The notes beneath the pieces were generated by a model. That model was not told the DNA's origin. It did not search any database and saw nothing but the letters and a program-made list of their open reading frames with translations. Shown here one piece after another: positions 48,352 through 57,782 of a stretch of DNA of 64,000 nt. A program made the position numbers and the translations under genes. How positions within the stretch are numbered: the first letter of the stretch is position 1; every line of letters begins with the position of its first letter. The DNA comes from an uncultured Halobacteriales archaeon (GTDB lineage Archaea; Thermoplasmatota; E2; JACPAO01; JAHFTW01), in NCBI GenBank assembly GCA_964643795.1, contig CAZXUC010000018.1, positions 2,238 to 66,237 on the forward strand, written 5' to 3'.

Positions 48352-48576
48352 CTACTGGCGGGAGGGAGCCTGGCGGACCGGCTGCGGCTCCGCCGCGCGC
48401 TGCTGGCAGCGCTCGTTCCGCGGGTTGTCTTCGCAGTACGCGGCCGCGCGGCGTTCTGCGGCGTGGTCATTGCACTGGCGGTCGTCCGGGTTCTCGGCGC
48501 AGAAGGCACGCAGGCGGGCCTGGCGGTGGCAACGCTCCGGCGATTCAGCGTTGGCGCAGCGGGACGCGCTGTTGAT
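48352..48576 (-). pseudogene. Start-less Cys-repeat ORF remnant (FCAENPDDRQC / YCEDNPRNERC)
   Basis: In frame after the aguA TGA; two CxxNPxxxxC units; no start codon. Confidence 0.45.
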
Positions 48577-49686
48577 TCAGACCAAGCGGAGGAAGTCATC
48601 GACCGCCGCGCCGGGGCCGGCCACTTTCTTGGAGGGCATTTGCTGGCTCAAGCAGTGGATGGCACCCATCCCCCAGACTAAGTCTTGGCAAGGCAGCTTA
48701 ACGACGGGGCGGTCCTTGAAGCACTGCTGCAATCGTCGTTGCGCGATGTCGTCGGTCGGGCTTGCGAAGGTCGGCATGAGGACGGCGCCGTTCGTGATGA
48801 GGAAGTTGCCGTGGCTCGCTGGCAGGACGTTGCCTTCGTTATCGATCAGGTCCTTCGGCATCGGCAGTTCCACGATGCGAATCGACCGGTTGTGGGCGTC
48901 GGTCATGTGGCTCAACCGATGTCGGTTCTCGGCGAGGGGCTCGTAGTTGGGGTGAGCTCGGTCCTCTTCGACGCACGTGACGACGAGGCGGGGACCAACG
49001 AAGCGCGTGATGTCATCGACGTGGCCATCCGTATCGTCGCCTGCGATGCCGTCCGCGAGCCACAGGACTTTCTCGACGCCGAGGTATTCGCGCAAGTGCC
49101 TCTCGATGTCGGGCCGCGTCATGTCGTGGTTGCGGTTCTTGTTGAGCAGGCATTGTTCCGTGGTGATGAGTGTTCCTTGGCCGTCGACGTCGACGGAGCC
49201 GCCCTCCAGGACCATCTTGACGGCTGAGAGCGGGGAGCCGATTGCGTCGCCCAGTTGGTCGATGACCTTCTTGTCGCGCAAGAGTGATTCGTACTTGTTG
49301 CCCCACGCGTTGAATTCGAAGCGGACGACGATGCGGTCGCGCGTTCCCGGTTGCTTGCCGGGGCGAACGAGATAGATGGGGCCGTAATCGCGGATCCACG
49401 AGTCCTGATGGTTGACGGCGTGGAACTTGACGTTCTTGATTCCCTCGGCCTTGACGGCCTTGCTTGCGGCGGCTTCGAGGTCGGGGTGGACGACGAGGTC
49501 GACGCGTTGGTGCGGCGTGATTGCCTTCATCGCTGCTAGGAATGTTGCGCGCGCCAACGCAACGCGGTCCGGCCACGTCACTGGGTCGCGGGGCCAGACG
49601 AGCCAGACGGATTCCTGCGGCTCCCATTCGGCTGGCATGCGGTAGCCCTGCTCGCGCGGGGTCGGAACGGGGCCGCGCAGCGACAT
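48577..49686 (-). CDS. aguA: Agmatine deiminase
   Basis: RMPAEWE, DSWIRDYGP, LEGGS.D.DG.G, DDTDGHVD, GAIHCLSQQ. Confidence 0.94.
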   Translation of the reverse strand: MSLRGPVPTPREQGYRMPAEWEPQESVWLVWPRDPVTWPDRVALARATFLAAMKAITPHQRVDLVVHPDLEAAASKAVKAEGIKNVKFHAVNHQDSWIRDYGPIYLVRPGKQPGTRDRIVVRFEFNAWGNKYESLLRDKKVIDQLGDAIGSPLSAVKMVLEGGSVDVDGQGTLITTEQCLLNKNRNHDMTRPDIERHLREYLGVEKVLWLADGIAGDDTDGHVDDITRFVGPRLVVTCVEEDRAHPNYEPLAENRHRLSHMTDAHNRSIRIVELPMPKDLIDNEGNVLPASHGNFLITNGAVLMPTFASPTDDIAQRRLQQCFKDRPVVKLPCQDLVWGMGAIHCLSQQMPSKKVAGPGAAVDDFLRLV

Positions 49687-49799
49687 GTGCACGGCAGCCT
49701 TCACGCGGGCACGATTGGCGCTTGCGACTTAACGGCGCCGCAACCCGCCCCCGCCCGGACCACCTGCCCACGCACCGCACCGGGCGCTTGCGGCCGTGA

Positions 49800-51398
49800 C
49801 TAGACCGGAAGGCCAGTGATGCCCGCGATGACCGCGGCGGCCGCCGGCCCCCCGTCGGGGCAGGCTGCGACGAGAGCGCTGCGCACCGGCCAGGCCTGCG
49901 AGGCCGCCGGCAACGTCGTGGTCGCGTTGTAGTATCCCTGGGTCCAGGCGCCCCAGGCGGACTGGCGACACATGGAGTCCACCTCGAACCACGCCTTCTG
50001 GTTGCCGTTCTGGACGCTGTACCAGGTGCCGGCGGCGTACCCGGCGATGCGGTCGGCCTCGTGGGACCAGTGGTCGGTGCCCTTGTAGCGTCCCCAGTAC
50101 GTGCCATGGCCCTCCGACATGTACGTCACCTCGGTCCGGCTTGCGCCCAGCGGCAGCGCGGCGACCTGGCCGACCTGGTCGCCCTGCAGCGTGTAGTTAG
50201 CGGCCCGGAAGAGGGCCTCGCGCATCTCGTCGATCGTAAGGACACCGTCGGCCAGGGCGCACTGCGCGTTGGCCGCGCCACAACCCGCCGTGCCCCGAGC
50301 CAGCACGCCGGCGTCCTGCGTGCGGGACTCGCCCACGAGCCGGCGCAGCTGGTACAGGGCCTCCGCGTACATGCCGGCGGTGACCGGCGTCGCGTTGCTC
50401 GTGCCGCCGAACTTTCCCTCGCCGGCCACGGTCGGTCCGGCGCCGCGCGGGTAGTCCGTACCGAGGCTTGCCACGTGCACGGGCTTGCCGGTGCCCGAAT
50501 ACGAGTAGCCCTCGCCCGAGATGGCGCCGACGACAATCGTCCAGTCGTTGCCCTTGGCGTCGTTGGCGTAAGTCGACTGGGGTGCCCGGAAGTCGTTCTG
50601 CAGGCCGTTGCCGGCCGCCCAGAAGATCTGGTGGCCGCGCTCGACGGCGACGCGGCGCGCCTCGAGGTCGGCACCCGCGTTGACTGAGTCGCGCATGGTG
50701 ACGCACTGGACTGGCAGCGGCGGCACGGACGGCGTGCACTCGCCACGTAAGGTGGAGGATTCCCAGGAGTTGCTCTGCACGTCAATCCAGTCCTGCGCCG
50801 CGGCCCACTCGGAGGCCTTGTTGCCCAAGCCGTGGACGAAGACGAGGAGGCACTCGGGGCACGTGCCGTGCAGGTTGCCGACGCTCACGGTTGCGGAGCC
50901 GAGGCCGTGGCTGTCCGGCATGAAGGCGCCGTCGCCTGCGAAGTCGACGAGGCCGATGACCTTCGTGCCGGGGATGTACGCGTAGTTCACCTTGTCCGGT
51001 TCGGAGGGCTTGAGGGTGTCCCAGGCGGCCTGGTCGGCGTCGTGCAGCTCCTGCGCGAGGCGGGAGCCGTCGTCGGGGGTGAAGTTGAGGTCGAGGCGCG
51101 TGTAGCTCGCAAACGCGGAGGCTCCGGGGAAGCCGGGGACCCATTCGGCGGGGTCAGCGGTTAGGGGGAGGTCGTCGGTGGGATCGTCGTTGCCGTGCTG
51201 CGGCAGGTACTCGGAGAGGAAGTCGAAGTGGTACGGGTTGATGCCGACGTCGATGATGGCGACCACGACGACACCGTCGTGGTTTCGGTCGGACAAGGGG
51301 GAGCCGGCGGGATCGTCGCGCGGCGTGGCGCAGCCTGACAGAAGGACGCCGACGAGGGCGACGGTGAGGGCGACGGTGAGGAACCTGGTCCGCAGCAT
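49800..51398 (-). CDS. S8 subtilisin-like serine protease lipoprotein
   Basis: LSGC lipobox; VAIIDVG (D), SHG (H), AAGN, GGTSNATP (S). Confidence 0.85.
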   Translation of the reverse strand: MLRTRFLTVALTVALVGVLLSGCATPRDDPAGSPLSDRNHDGVVVVAIIDVGINPYHFDFLSEYLPQHGNDDPTDDLPLTADPAEWVPGFPGASAFASYTRLDLNFTPDDGSRLAQELHDADQAAWDTLKPSEPDKVNYAYIPGTKVIGLVDFAGDGAFMPDSHGLGSATVSVGNLHGTCPECLLVFVHGLGNKASEWAAAQDWIDVQSNSWESSTLRGECTPSVPPLPVQCVTMRDSVNAGADLEARRVAVERGHQIFWAAGNGLQNDFRAPQSTYANDAKGNDWTIVVGAISGEGYSYSGTGKPVHVASLGTDYPRGAGPTVAGEGKFGGTSNATPVTAGMYAEALYQLRRLVGESRTQDAGVLARGTAGCGAANAQCALADGVLTIDEMREALFRAANYTLQGDQVGQVAALPLGASRTEVTYMSEGHGTYWGRYKGTDHWSHEADRIAGYAAGTWYSVQNGNQKAWFEVDSMCRQSAWGAWTQGYYNATTTLPAASQAWPVRSALVAACPDGGPAAAAVIAGITGLPV

Positions 51399-51531
51399 GC
51401 GCCGGACGTGGCGGGGCGGATTGAAAGTGTTGCGGTGGCCGGGGCGAGCGCCGTCCGGCACGTCGCGCCGGCTGCTTCGAACGCGATTGCCCCCCGGAAA
51501 TGCCCATGAAGTCGCCGGGCGTGCCTTTCCC

Positions 51532-51852
51532 ATGGCCTACGACGAGGGTCTTGCCGAACGTATCCGCGAGCTCTTGCCCAAGGCGACCGAGAAACGCATG
51601 TTCGGTGGCGTCGGCTTCATGGAGCGCGGCAACCTCGTGGTGGGAGTCCTGGGCGACGAAATGATTGCCCGCGTCGGTCCCGATGACACGGCGGCGGCCC
51701 TCAAGGAGGATGGGGTTCGCACCTTCGACTTCACCGGGAAAACGATGAAGGGCTGGGTCGTCGTCGCGCAAGAAGTCCTGCCGGAAGAGGAAGAGCTCCT
51801 AGCGTGGGTGCAACGCTGCCAGAATTTTGCCCGCACGCTGCCTGCCAAGTGA
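51532..51852 (+). CDS. TfoX N-terminal domain protein
   Basis: MAYDE.LAERIR, EKRMFGG..FM..GN, TG.TMKGWV. Confidence 0.88.
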   Translation: MAYDEGLAERIRELLPKATEKRMFGGVGFMERGNLVVGVLGDEMIARVGPDDTAAALKEDGVRTFDFTGKTMKGWVVVAQEVLPEEEELLAWVQRCQNFARTLPAK

Positions 51853-51858
51853 CTGTGC

Positions 51859-52068
51859 CTAGGGGGTCGGCGTCGGCACCATCGCCTTCCCGCAGTCAGC
51901 GCAGAACGTCGCGGATTCGGCCTGCAGTTTCTGCATGCGCTCCCTTGGCTTCAGGGGGAAGTTGGTCGCCGTATACGCCAAGGCCAGCGACGCCAAGGCC
52001 AAGCCCATCGTCGCGTAGCGGATGAGGGCCAGCCCTCCTGAGCTGACCATGCTGCCAGCGCCGAGCAT
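51859..52068 (-). CDS. Small TM protein or remnant with terminal FCADCG zinc-ribbon half
   Basis: Hydrophobic segment plus a single CxxC. Confidence 0.3.
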   Translation of the reverse strand: MLGAGSMVSSGGLALIRYATMGLALASLALAYTATNFPLKPRERMQKLQAESATFCADCGKAMVPTPTP

Positions 52069-52154
52069 GCAGCGGGACCGGCTGGCCGCTAGATGAAGGC
52101 TGGAGGCTGGCTTGGGCTCGACATGCGCCTCGGAGCCTTCCTGGCCGAGGGAGC

Positions 52155-52346
52155 ACCATCATCGCGCTGCGCGAGGACAGCAAGGCCCGTGTCGTCAACA
52201 AGAACCACTTCGAGGAAGCGTTCCGCAGCGTCTGCATCTCCGTCACGGAAGAGGTCATCAAGTACTACGACCGCCTCGCCGAGCAGCTCGGCCAGACCAC
52301 CGTCAAGAAGGTCGCGACGGGCGGGGGCGGAATGGAGTTCCTTTAA
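52155..52346 (+). pseudogene. C-terminal remnant of a CDC48/VAT AAA+ ATPase
   Basis: IIALREDSKARVVNKNHFEEAFRSV..SVTEEVIKYYDRL...MEFL*; no upstream ATPase domain. Confidence 0.7.
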
Positions 52347-52416
52347 GGGACTGCGGTCCCAGCGGCGGGCCGTTGCGGCCGTCAAAGCTGATATCCTATC
52401 CAAGAATGGTTCTGCC

Positions 52417-53919
52417 GTGAGCGGCAGGACACGGAGGCACCGGGAGCCGGAGGCCCCGCAACCCTTCCGGCCACGCCGCGGCATCGACCTCGCGCTCCTG
52501 GGCATCCTGCTCGTCGGCATTCTCCTGCGCCTGCCGCACGCCACGGACGAGGACGGCTACTTCAAGGACTACGCCGACGAGGCGACCTACTTCACTACCG
52601 GCTACGCGCACTACCGCGGCGGCCCCGATTTCCCCTTGCCCCATGGTGGGTCAGGCCTGCCGCTCGCGCTCGAGTTCGTGCTGTGGGTCTCGGGCGTCCC
52701 AGGCGGCGACCCCGTGCCACAGCCCCATGCCGACGCAAGCTACCAGCTGACCCCGGACCAGGTGCACGCCGCACACCTCGCCTACGCCATGACCTTGGGC
52801 TTCAACCTCCTCTTCATCCTGGGCGTCTTCGCTTTGGCGGCCGGCTTGCTGGGGCGCGACAACCCTTGGTCGCTCCTGCCGCCTGCCCTCGTGGCCGTGG
52901 CGCCATACCAAGTGACGTCTAACATGCGCTTCCTCTCGGAGCCGCTGTACGCGGCCTTGGTCTGCTTCGCCATCGTGTTCGTCCTCAAGGCGAAGAAGGA
53001 TCTGGCCTACCTGTACGCCGCCGCCTTGTGCATGGCCGGTGCCCACCTGCTGCGCGTGACCGGCCTCTTCCTCATGGCCGCCCTCGCCTTGTTCGCCTGG
53101 TTCTTCCTGCGCAACCCGTACGCCACGCGGCAGAAGCACCATTGGCACGTGCTGGGATCCGTCGCCGTCTTCTTCCTGGTCTGCACGCCTTACCTGGACT
53201 GGCGCGCGGAATCGCTGCCCGGCCCCTTCGACTACGGGGTGAACGGCCGCTATTGGACCGACAACCAGTGGGATTTCTCGGACCAGTACTGGCAGACCTA
53301 CACGCCCAAGACCGGGGGCGAGAAGGAGACCATGTCCGACTACTTCGAGTCGCACAGCGTCGGCCATGCCGCCGAACGCCTGTGGCATAGCCTGTGGTGG
53401 CCCCTGCGCGACACCTTCAGCCTAAGCCCGGGATCGGAGCCCGACAAAGTCTTCTCAGGCCTGGAGACCGCGGCGGTCGCTGCGGCCTTCGGGTGGGGGC
53501 TGAGCAGGGGAAGCATCCCCGCCGGGCAGCGGTGGCTCTCGTTGACCATGTTCCTGAGCACCAACCTTCCCGTCGTCTGGGTCTACCCGACGGCCATCAA
53601 CCCGCGTTTCTTCCTGCTCCTGGCACCTATCGCCTTCGTGGTGGTCGCCGGCCAGGTCCAGGCCATCCCGCGGCCCCGCCTGCGCCTTGCCGTGGGCCTT
53701 GCGCTCCCGCTCGCCGTGCTCGGCGTGTACACGCTGCGGGTCGCGATGCCCGGCCCGGCGGTCGCCCATTGGCTTACCATGGGAGGGTGGGCGCTGTTCT
53801 GGGGCTCGTGGCCCGTCCTTGCCTGGGGCATCCTGCGCGGCCGCACGCACTGGATGGCCCGCAAGCTGCCGCCCCCGGGGCAACCGGCGGGCGCAGTCCC
53901 CGAAGCGACCGTGGCGTAA
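52417..53919 (+). CDS. GT-C (ArnT/PMT-like) membrane glycosyltransferase
   Basis: GILLRL...DEATY, LSEPLY, multiple TMs, RFFL.LAP; start approximate. Confidence 0.75.
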   Translation: MSGRTRRHREPEAPQPFRPRRGIDLALLGILLVGILLRLPHATDEDGYFKDYADEATYFTTGYAHYRGGPDFPLPHGGSGLPLALEFVLWVSGVPGGDPVPQPHADASYQLTPDQVHAAHLAYAMTLGFNLLFILGVFALAAGLLGRDNPWSLLPPALVAVAPYQVTSNMRFLSEPLYAALVCFAIVFVLKAKKDLAYLYAAALCMAGAHLLRVTGLFLMAALALFAWFFLRNPYATRQKHHWHVLGSVAVFFLVCTPYLDWRAESLPGPFDYGVNGRYWTDNQWDFSDQYWQTYTPKTGGEKETMSDYFESHSVGHAAERLWHSLWWPLRDTFSLSPGSEPDKVFSGLETAAVAAAFGWGLSRGSIPAGQRWLSLTMFLSTNLPVVWVYPTAINPRFFLLLAPIAFVVVAGQVQAIPRPRLRLAVGLALPLAVLGVYTLRVAMPGPAVAHWLTMGGWALFWGSWPVLAWGILRGRTHWMARKLPPPGQPAGAVPEATVA

Positions 53920-54049
53920 CGCCCCGGCGTGTTCTGGCTCGCACCATTATTTCCCCTGGACCACTCGAAGGGCTGGGTGCACTGAATGAAGGTCTTCGAG
54001 TCCGAGCTGCGTGGCGGCGTCTTCGTGCGGCCGTGCTGACATGCGCGCC

Positions 54050-54257
54050 CAACGCGCGCGACGAGCGCCAAGCCGCCTACGAAGAATTCGGGGCCCACAT
54101 CTGGAAAACCGTCCTTGACGACGTTGAATTCCCCGACTTCGACGACAAACTCACCTACCTCCAAAACGGCCGCGGCGACTGGACCCGATGCGTCCTGCAC
54201 CCCGGCATGTCCGCCACCAACAACCCCGCCGAACAAGCCCTACGGGAACACGTCACA
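54050..54257 (+). mobile_element. IS66-family transposase remnant
   Basis: LTYLQNG...W...HPGMSATNNPAEQALREHV matches the IS66 TNNxAERxLR motif. Confidence 0.7.
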
Positions 54258-54311
54258 GCTACACGGATTGAATCCCCAAAGGCAAAGAGGGCGACCTTTG
54301 TCGGTGCGCAC

Positions 54312-55439
54312 GTGCCCCGACCCGCCAAGCGTCCCGCGCAGGAGGCCGAACGTCCCGTGCAGGCCAACGGCCCCACCGCGGGCGGCAAGGACCTCACGAA
54401 GCCGGCGTTCCGTTCCTACCTTGTCACGGGGGGTGCCGGCTTCCTCGGCCAAGCCATCGTCCCCCGCTTGCTGGCTGGCGGGGCGCGCGTGCGCGTGCTC
54501 GACACCGCGCGCATCCCGTCCGAGTGGGAAGGGCAGGTCGAGGGCATCATCGGCGACATCCGGGACGCGGCCGCGGTCGAGGCGGCCGCCGCCGGCATGG
54601 AGTGCGTCCTGCACGGCGCCGCCGCCTTGCCCATCCACCGTTCGGCCAAACTGATCCACGGCGTCAACGTCGACGGGACGAGGAACCTGCTCGATGCCGC
54701 CGTGCGGCATCGCGCGAAATCATTCGTCTTCGTCTCCTCGACGGCCGTGTACGGCCTGCACAAGGAGCACCCCATCACGGAGGAGAACCGCATGATTCCC
54801 GTGGGACCATACGGCGAATCCAAGGTCAAGGCGGAACTCGTGTGCCAGTCCTTCCGCGACCGCCTGCACGTCGCCATCGTCCGGCCGAAGACGTTCCTCG
54901 GCCAAGGCCGCCTCGGCGTCTTCGAGATCCTCTTCGACTGGATCCATGACGGCAAGCGCATCCCCATGATCGGCAAGGGGCACAACAAGTACCAGCTCCT
55001 GGACGTCGAGGACCTCGTCGATGCCATACTCATCACCAGCGCCCACCCCAAGGGCTCCGACACGTTCAACGTCGCCGCGAACGAGTTCGGCACGTTGCGC
55101 GAGGACCTGACCCCCCTGTTCAAGGCCGCAGGGCATGAGCCACGGTTTTTGCCGACGCCGCGCCGCACCACCATCAGCGCCCTCTGGGTCCTGGACAAGC
55201 TGCGCCTCAGCCCGCTCACGAAGTGGCACTACGGCACGATGTCGAGCGACTCCTACGTCGAGACCGACAAGGCGCAACGCATTCTCGGCTGGACCCCCAA
55301 GCGCAGCAACCAGGACACCCTGCTCGCCGCCTACACGTGGTACCACGCGCACCGCGATGAAGTCAAGGCCCAAGTCGGCACGACGCACACCGTGCCCTGG
55401 AACCAGAAGATCCTGAAAGTGTTCAAGCGTCTGGCCTGA
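54312..55439 (+). CDS. NAD-dependent epimerase/dehydratase (extended SDR)
   Basis: VTGGAGFLG, NVDGT, SSTAVYG, YGESK; start approximate. Confidence 0.9.
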   Translation: MPRPAKRPAQEAERPVQANGPTAGGKDLTKPAFRSYLVTGGAGFLGQAIVPRLLAGGARVRVLDTARIPSEWEGQVEGIIGDIRDAAAVEAAAAGMECVLHGAAALPIHRSAKLIHGVNVDGTRNLLDAAVRHRAKSFVFVSSTAVYGLHKEHPITEENRMIPVGPYGESKVKAELVCQSFRDRLHVAIVRPKTFLGQGRLGVFEILFDWIHDGKRIPMIGKGHNKYQLLDVEDLVDAILITSAHPKGSDTFNVAANEFGTLREDLTPLFKAAGHEPRFLPTPRRTTISALWVLDKLRLSPLTKWHYGTMSSDSYVETDKAQRILGWTPKRSNQDTLLAAYTWYHAHRDEVKAQVGTTHTVPWNQKILKVFKRLA

Positions 55440-55620
55440 CCCCACGGACCTTGAGGCCAGGCGCGGCTGAATCAGCTCAATTGCAGGGAGACACGCAAAA
55501 CGTGTCCTTGCAATTGAGAGATTCAACCGTCTGCCCCCAAGATTTTCTGCTCAATCCGAGGCCCCCAACCGTTCGCCAACCAATGCAAAACCATGAAGGG
55601 CGCCAGGCCGTGGCCAATGT

Positions 55621-56610
55621 GTGCGTGACGAGCTTAGCGTCCAGGAGGCAGTACAGCCCCCGCGCCGACGTGTCAAGGCATCAGCCGTCCTCGCCGCCGT
55701 CGCCGTCGTCGTGCTCGCCGTCGCCCTGTGGCGCAGCGACCCCCGCGCCGCCGCCCGCGAGCTGGTTCGGGTCCCCCTTGGCCACATCGGCCTCGTCGTG
55801 GTCCTCGTCCTCGTCGCGTACGCCTTGCGCTTCGCCAAGTGGCACCTGTTCCTGCGCCGCCTCGGCACAGAGGTCCCTTTGGGGCGCAGTGCGGCCATCT
55901 TCACAAGCGGCCTCCTCATGGTCGTCACGCCCGCCAAGGTCGGCGAGGTGTGGAAGGCCCTCGCACTGAAGGAAACGGACGGCATCCCTGTCGCGCGCGG
56001 CCTGGGCGCCGTCGCCCTCGAACGGCTGACGGACCTTGCCGCCGTGGGCGCCCTCGCGCTTCTTGGCGCCGCCGCCCTGGGGCTTGCCCCCTGGCTCGCA
56101 GCGGGGGCCATGCTGGCCTTCACCGCCGGGGTCCTTCTCCTGCGCTGGCGCCGCCCTTGGCTCGCCCTCCTCGCGCGCCTCGAGGCCAGGCACCCCGGCT
56201 CGCGGCCCGTCGCGTTCCTGCATGCGCTCTACCTAGACACTGCGAGCCTGCTGTCCTGGTCAACCCTCGGCATCGGCGCGGTGCTTGGGCTGGTCGCGTG
56301 GGCGCTGGAGGGCCTTGCCTTGTGGGTCATCCTCGACGGCCTCGGCGTCGATGCGTCCCCCGTCTGGGCGATCGGGGTGTTCTCGGTTGGCACGCTCGCG
56401 GGCGGCCTCAGCGTCCTGCCCGGGGGCGTCGGCACCGCGGAGGCGGGGATGATCGCGCTCCTCGTCGCTGGCGGCGTCGCCTCATCGACGGCGTTCGCCG
56501 CGACGCTCCTTGTGCGCGTGCTCACGCTGGGTTTCGGGGCGACGTTGGGTGGCGTATGCTATGGCTTGTGGTCATGGCGGCGCCGCGTGGCCCTGGTTCC
56601 CTCCGCGTAA
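55621..56610 (+). CDS. UPF0104/lysylphosphatidylglycerol synthase TM-region protein (putative flippase)
   Basis: TPAKVGE, ERLTD, PGGVGTAEAG, LLVR. Confidence 0.85.
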   Translation: MRDELSVQEAVQPPRRRVKASAVLAAVAVVVLAVALWRSDPRAAARELVRVPLGHIGLVVVLVLVAYALRFAKWHLFLRRLGTEVPLGRSAAIFTSGLLMVVTPAKVGEVWKALALKETDGIPVARGLGAVALERLTDLAAVGALALLGAAALGLAPWLAAGAMLAFTAGVLLLRWRRPWLALLARLEARHPGSRPVAFLHALYLDTASLLSWSTLGIGAVLGLVAWALEGLALWVILDGLGVDASPVWAIGVFSVGTLAGGLSVLPGGVGTAEAGMIALLVAGGVASSTAFAATLLVRVLTLGFGATLGGVCYGLWSWRRRVALVPSA

Positions 56611-56677
56611 GGGCACGGTCGCGGTGGCGGCCCCCCACATGCGCGCCATGTCACGGAATCGCGGGGAGGACGCAAAT

Positions 56678-57577
56678 CTAGCCGAGGGCATGCAGCCACT
56701 CGTATCCCGCCTGCGGCCACCCCGCCTTCACGGCCACAATCATGGCAAGCCACAGCACCGCGTTGACGACGGTCGCGCGGTCCTTGAACACCATCTCCGC
56801 CTCATCGCCGAGGTCGCGGCGGTGCACGAGCCACGAGTAGCGGAAGACGCCGTAGATGGCGAAGGGGATGGTGAACATCATCCACGCGTCGGTGCCGAAG
56901 AAGGTGTACAGGCTGTACGCCATCAAGAGCAGCGTCGTGCTGGTCTGCATGGCCTGCTCGACGAACGGCACCGTGTATGCGCCCAGGCTGGGGCGGCTCT
57001 CGAGCGCCTTGGGGTCGTCCTGGACCAGCAGGAGCTCGTGGCGCCGCTTGGCCAGCGCGAGGTAGAGGGCGAAGAGGAACGTGCAGACGATGAGCCACTC
57101 CGTAGAGGGAACGTCGATGGCCGCGGAGCCCGCCAAGGCGCGCACGACGAAGCCGATAGCCACGGCGATGGCATCCCACAGGACGAGGCGTTTGAGCAAG
57201 CCATTGTACAGCACTTGCAGCAGCAGGTAGGCCATGCCGAGCACGATGGAGAGCGGGCCGAGCCACCACAACGCGGCGAGGGCAGCGACGGCGAGAAGCA
57301 AGCAGAGGGCGACGCCGGTGGCGGGTGAGACCTTGCCGGACGCGATGGGGCGCGCCTTCTTGCGCGGATGCATGCGGTCGCGGTCGGCATCGACGACGTC
57401 GTTGGCCGCGTACACCGACGCGGACAGCGCGCAGAACGCAGCGAAGCAGAGGAGGATCGGCGGCCAGAGCGTCGTGTTGCTGGCGTTGCCGGAGAACAGG
57501 AGGGGAATGAAGACGACGAGGTTCTTGTACCACTGGCGGGGCCGCATCAGGCGCAGCAACGGAGGCAGGCCGCTCAA
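56678..57577 (-). CDS. UbiA-family polyprenyl-phosphate phosphoribosyltransferase (DPPR synthase-like)
   Basis: RPRQWYKN, ND..D.DRDR.HP.K..RPIASG, KRR.EL, R..L..Y, PF..YG.FRY; start approximate. Confidence 0.88.
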   Translation of the reverse strand: MSGLPPLLRLMRPRQWYKNLVVFIPLLFSGNASNTTLWPPILLCFAAFCALSASVYAANDVVDADRDRMHPRKKARPIASGKVSPATGVALCLLLAVAALAALWWLGPLSIVLGMAYLLLQVLYNGLLKRLVLWDAIAVAIGFVVRALAGSAAIDVPSTEWLIVCTFLFALYLALAKRRHELLLVQDDPKALESRPSLGAYTVPFVEQAMQTSTTLLLMAYSLYTFFGTDAWMMFTIPFAIYGVFRYSWLVHRRDLGDEAEMVFKDRATVVNAVLWLAMIVAVKAGWPQAGYEWLHALG

Positions 57578-57782
57578 CGACGCTCCAGCGGCGGCGCGTT
57601 TGAAAGGCTGACTGGTCGCGCGCTGACCATGCCGTTCTCCCGTGAAGCGTCTACAAGGGGTCCGATTGCGCCGGGCGCGGGGGCCGGTTGGAAGCCGCTT
57701 GACGCGGGTAGCTTCTTGATGGCCTCCATGGCGTCGTGGATGGCCTTGGGCCGCGGAGGCCCGCGCGGACAGCGACAGGCTC

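Noticed and set aside
46839..48599. 586-aa extended malic enzyme
   Set aside because: The first ~95 codons look like shadow translation; the ACT domain begins at GTG 48314.
53394..55439. 681-aa ORF as a transposase-epimerase fusion
   Set aside because: The 5' part is an off-frame overlap of the GT-C gene. The IS66 scrap is a short in-frame remnant, and the epimerase has its own plausible start near 54312.
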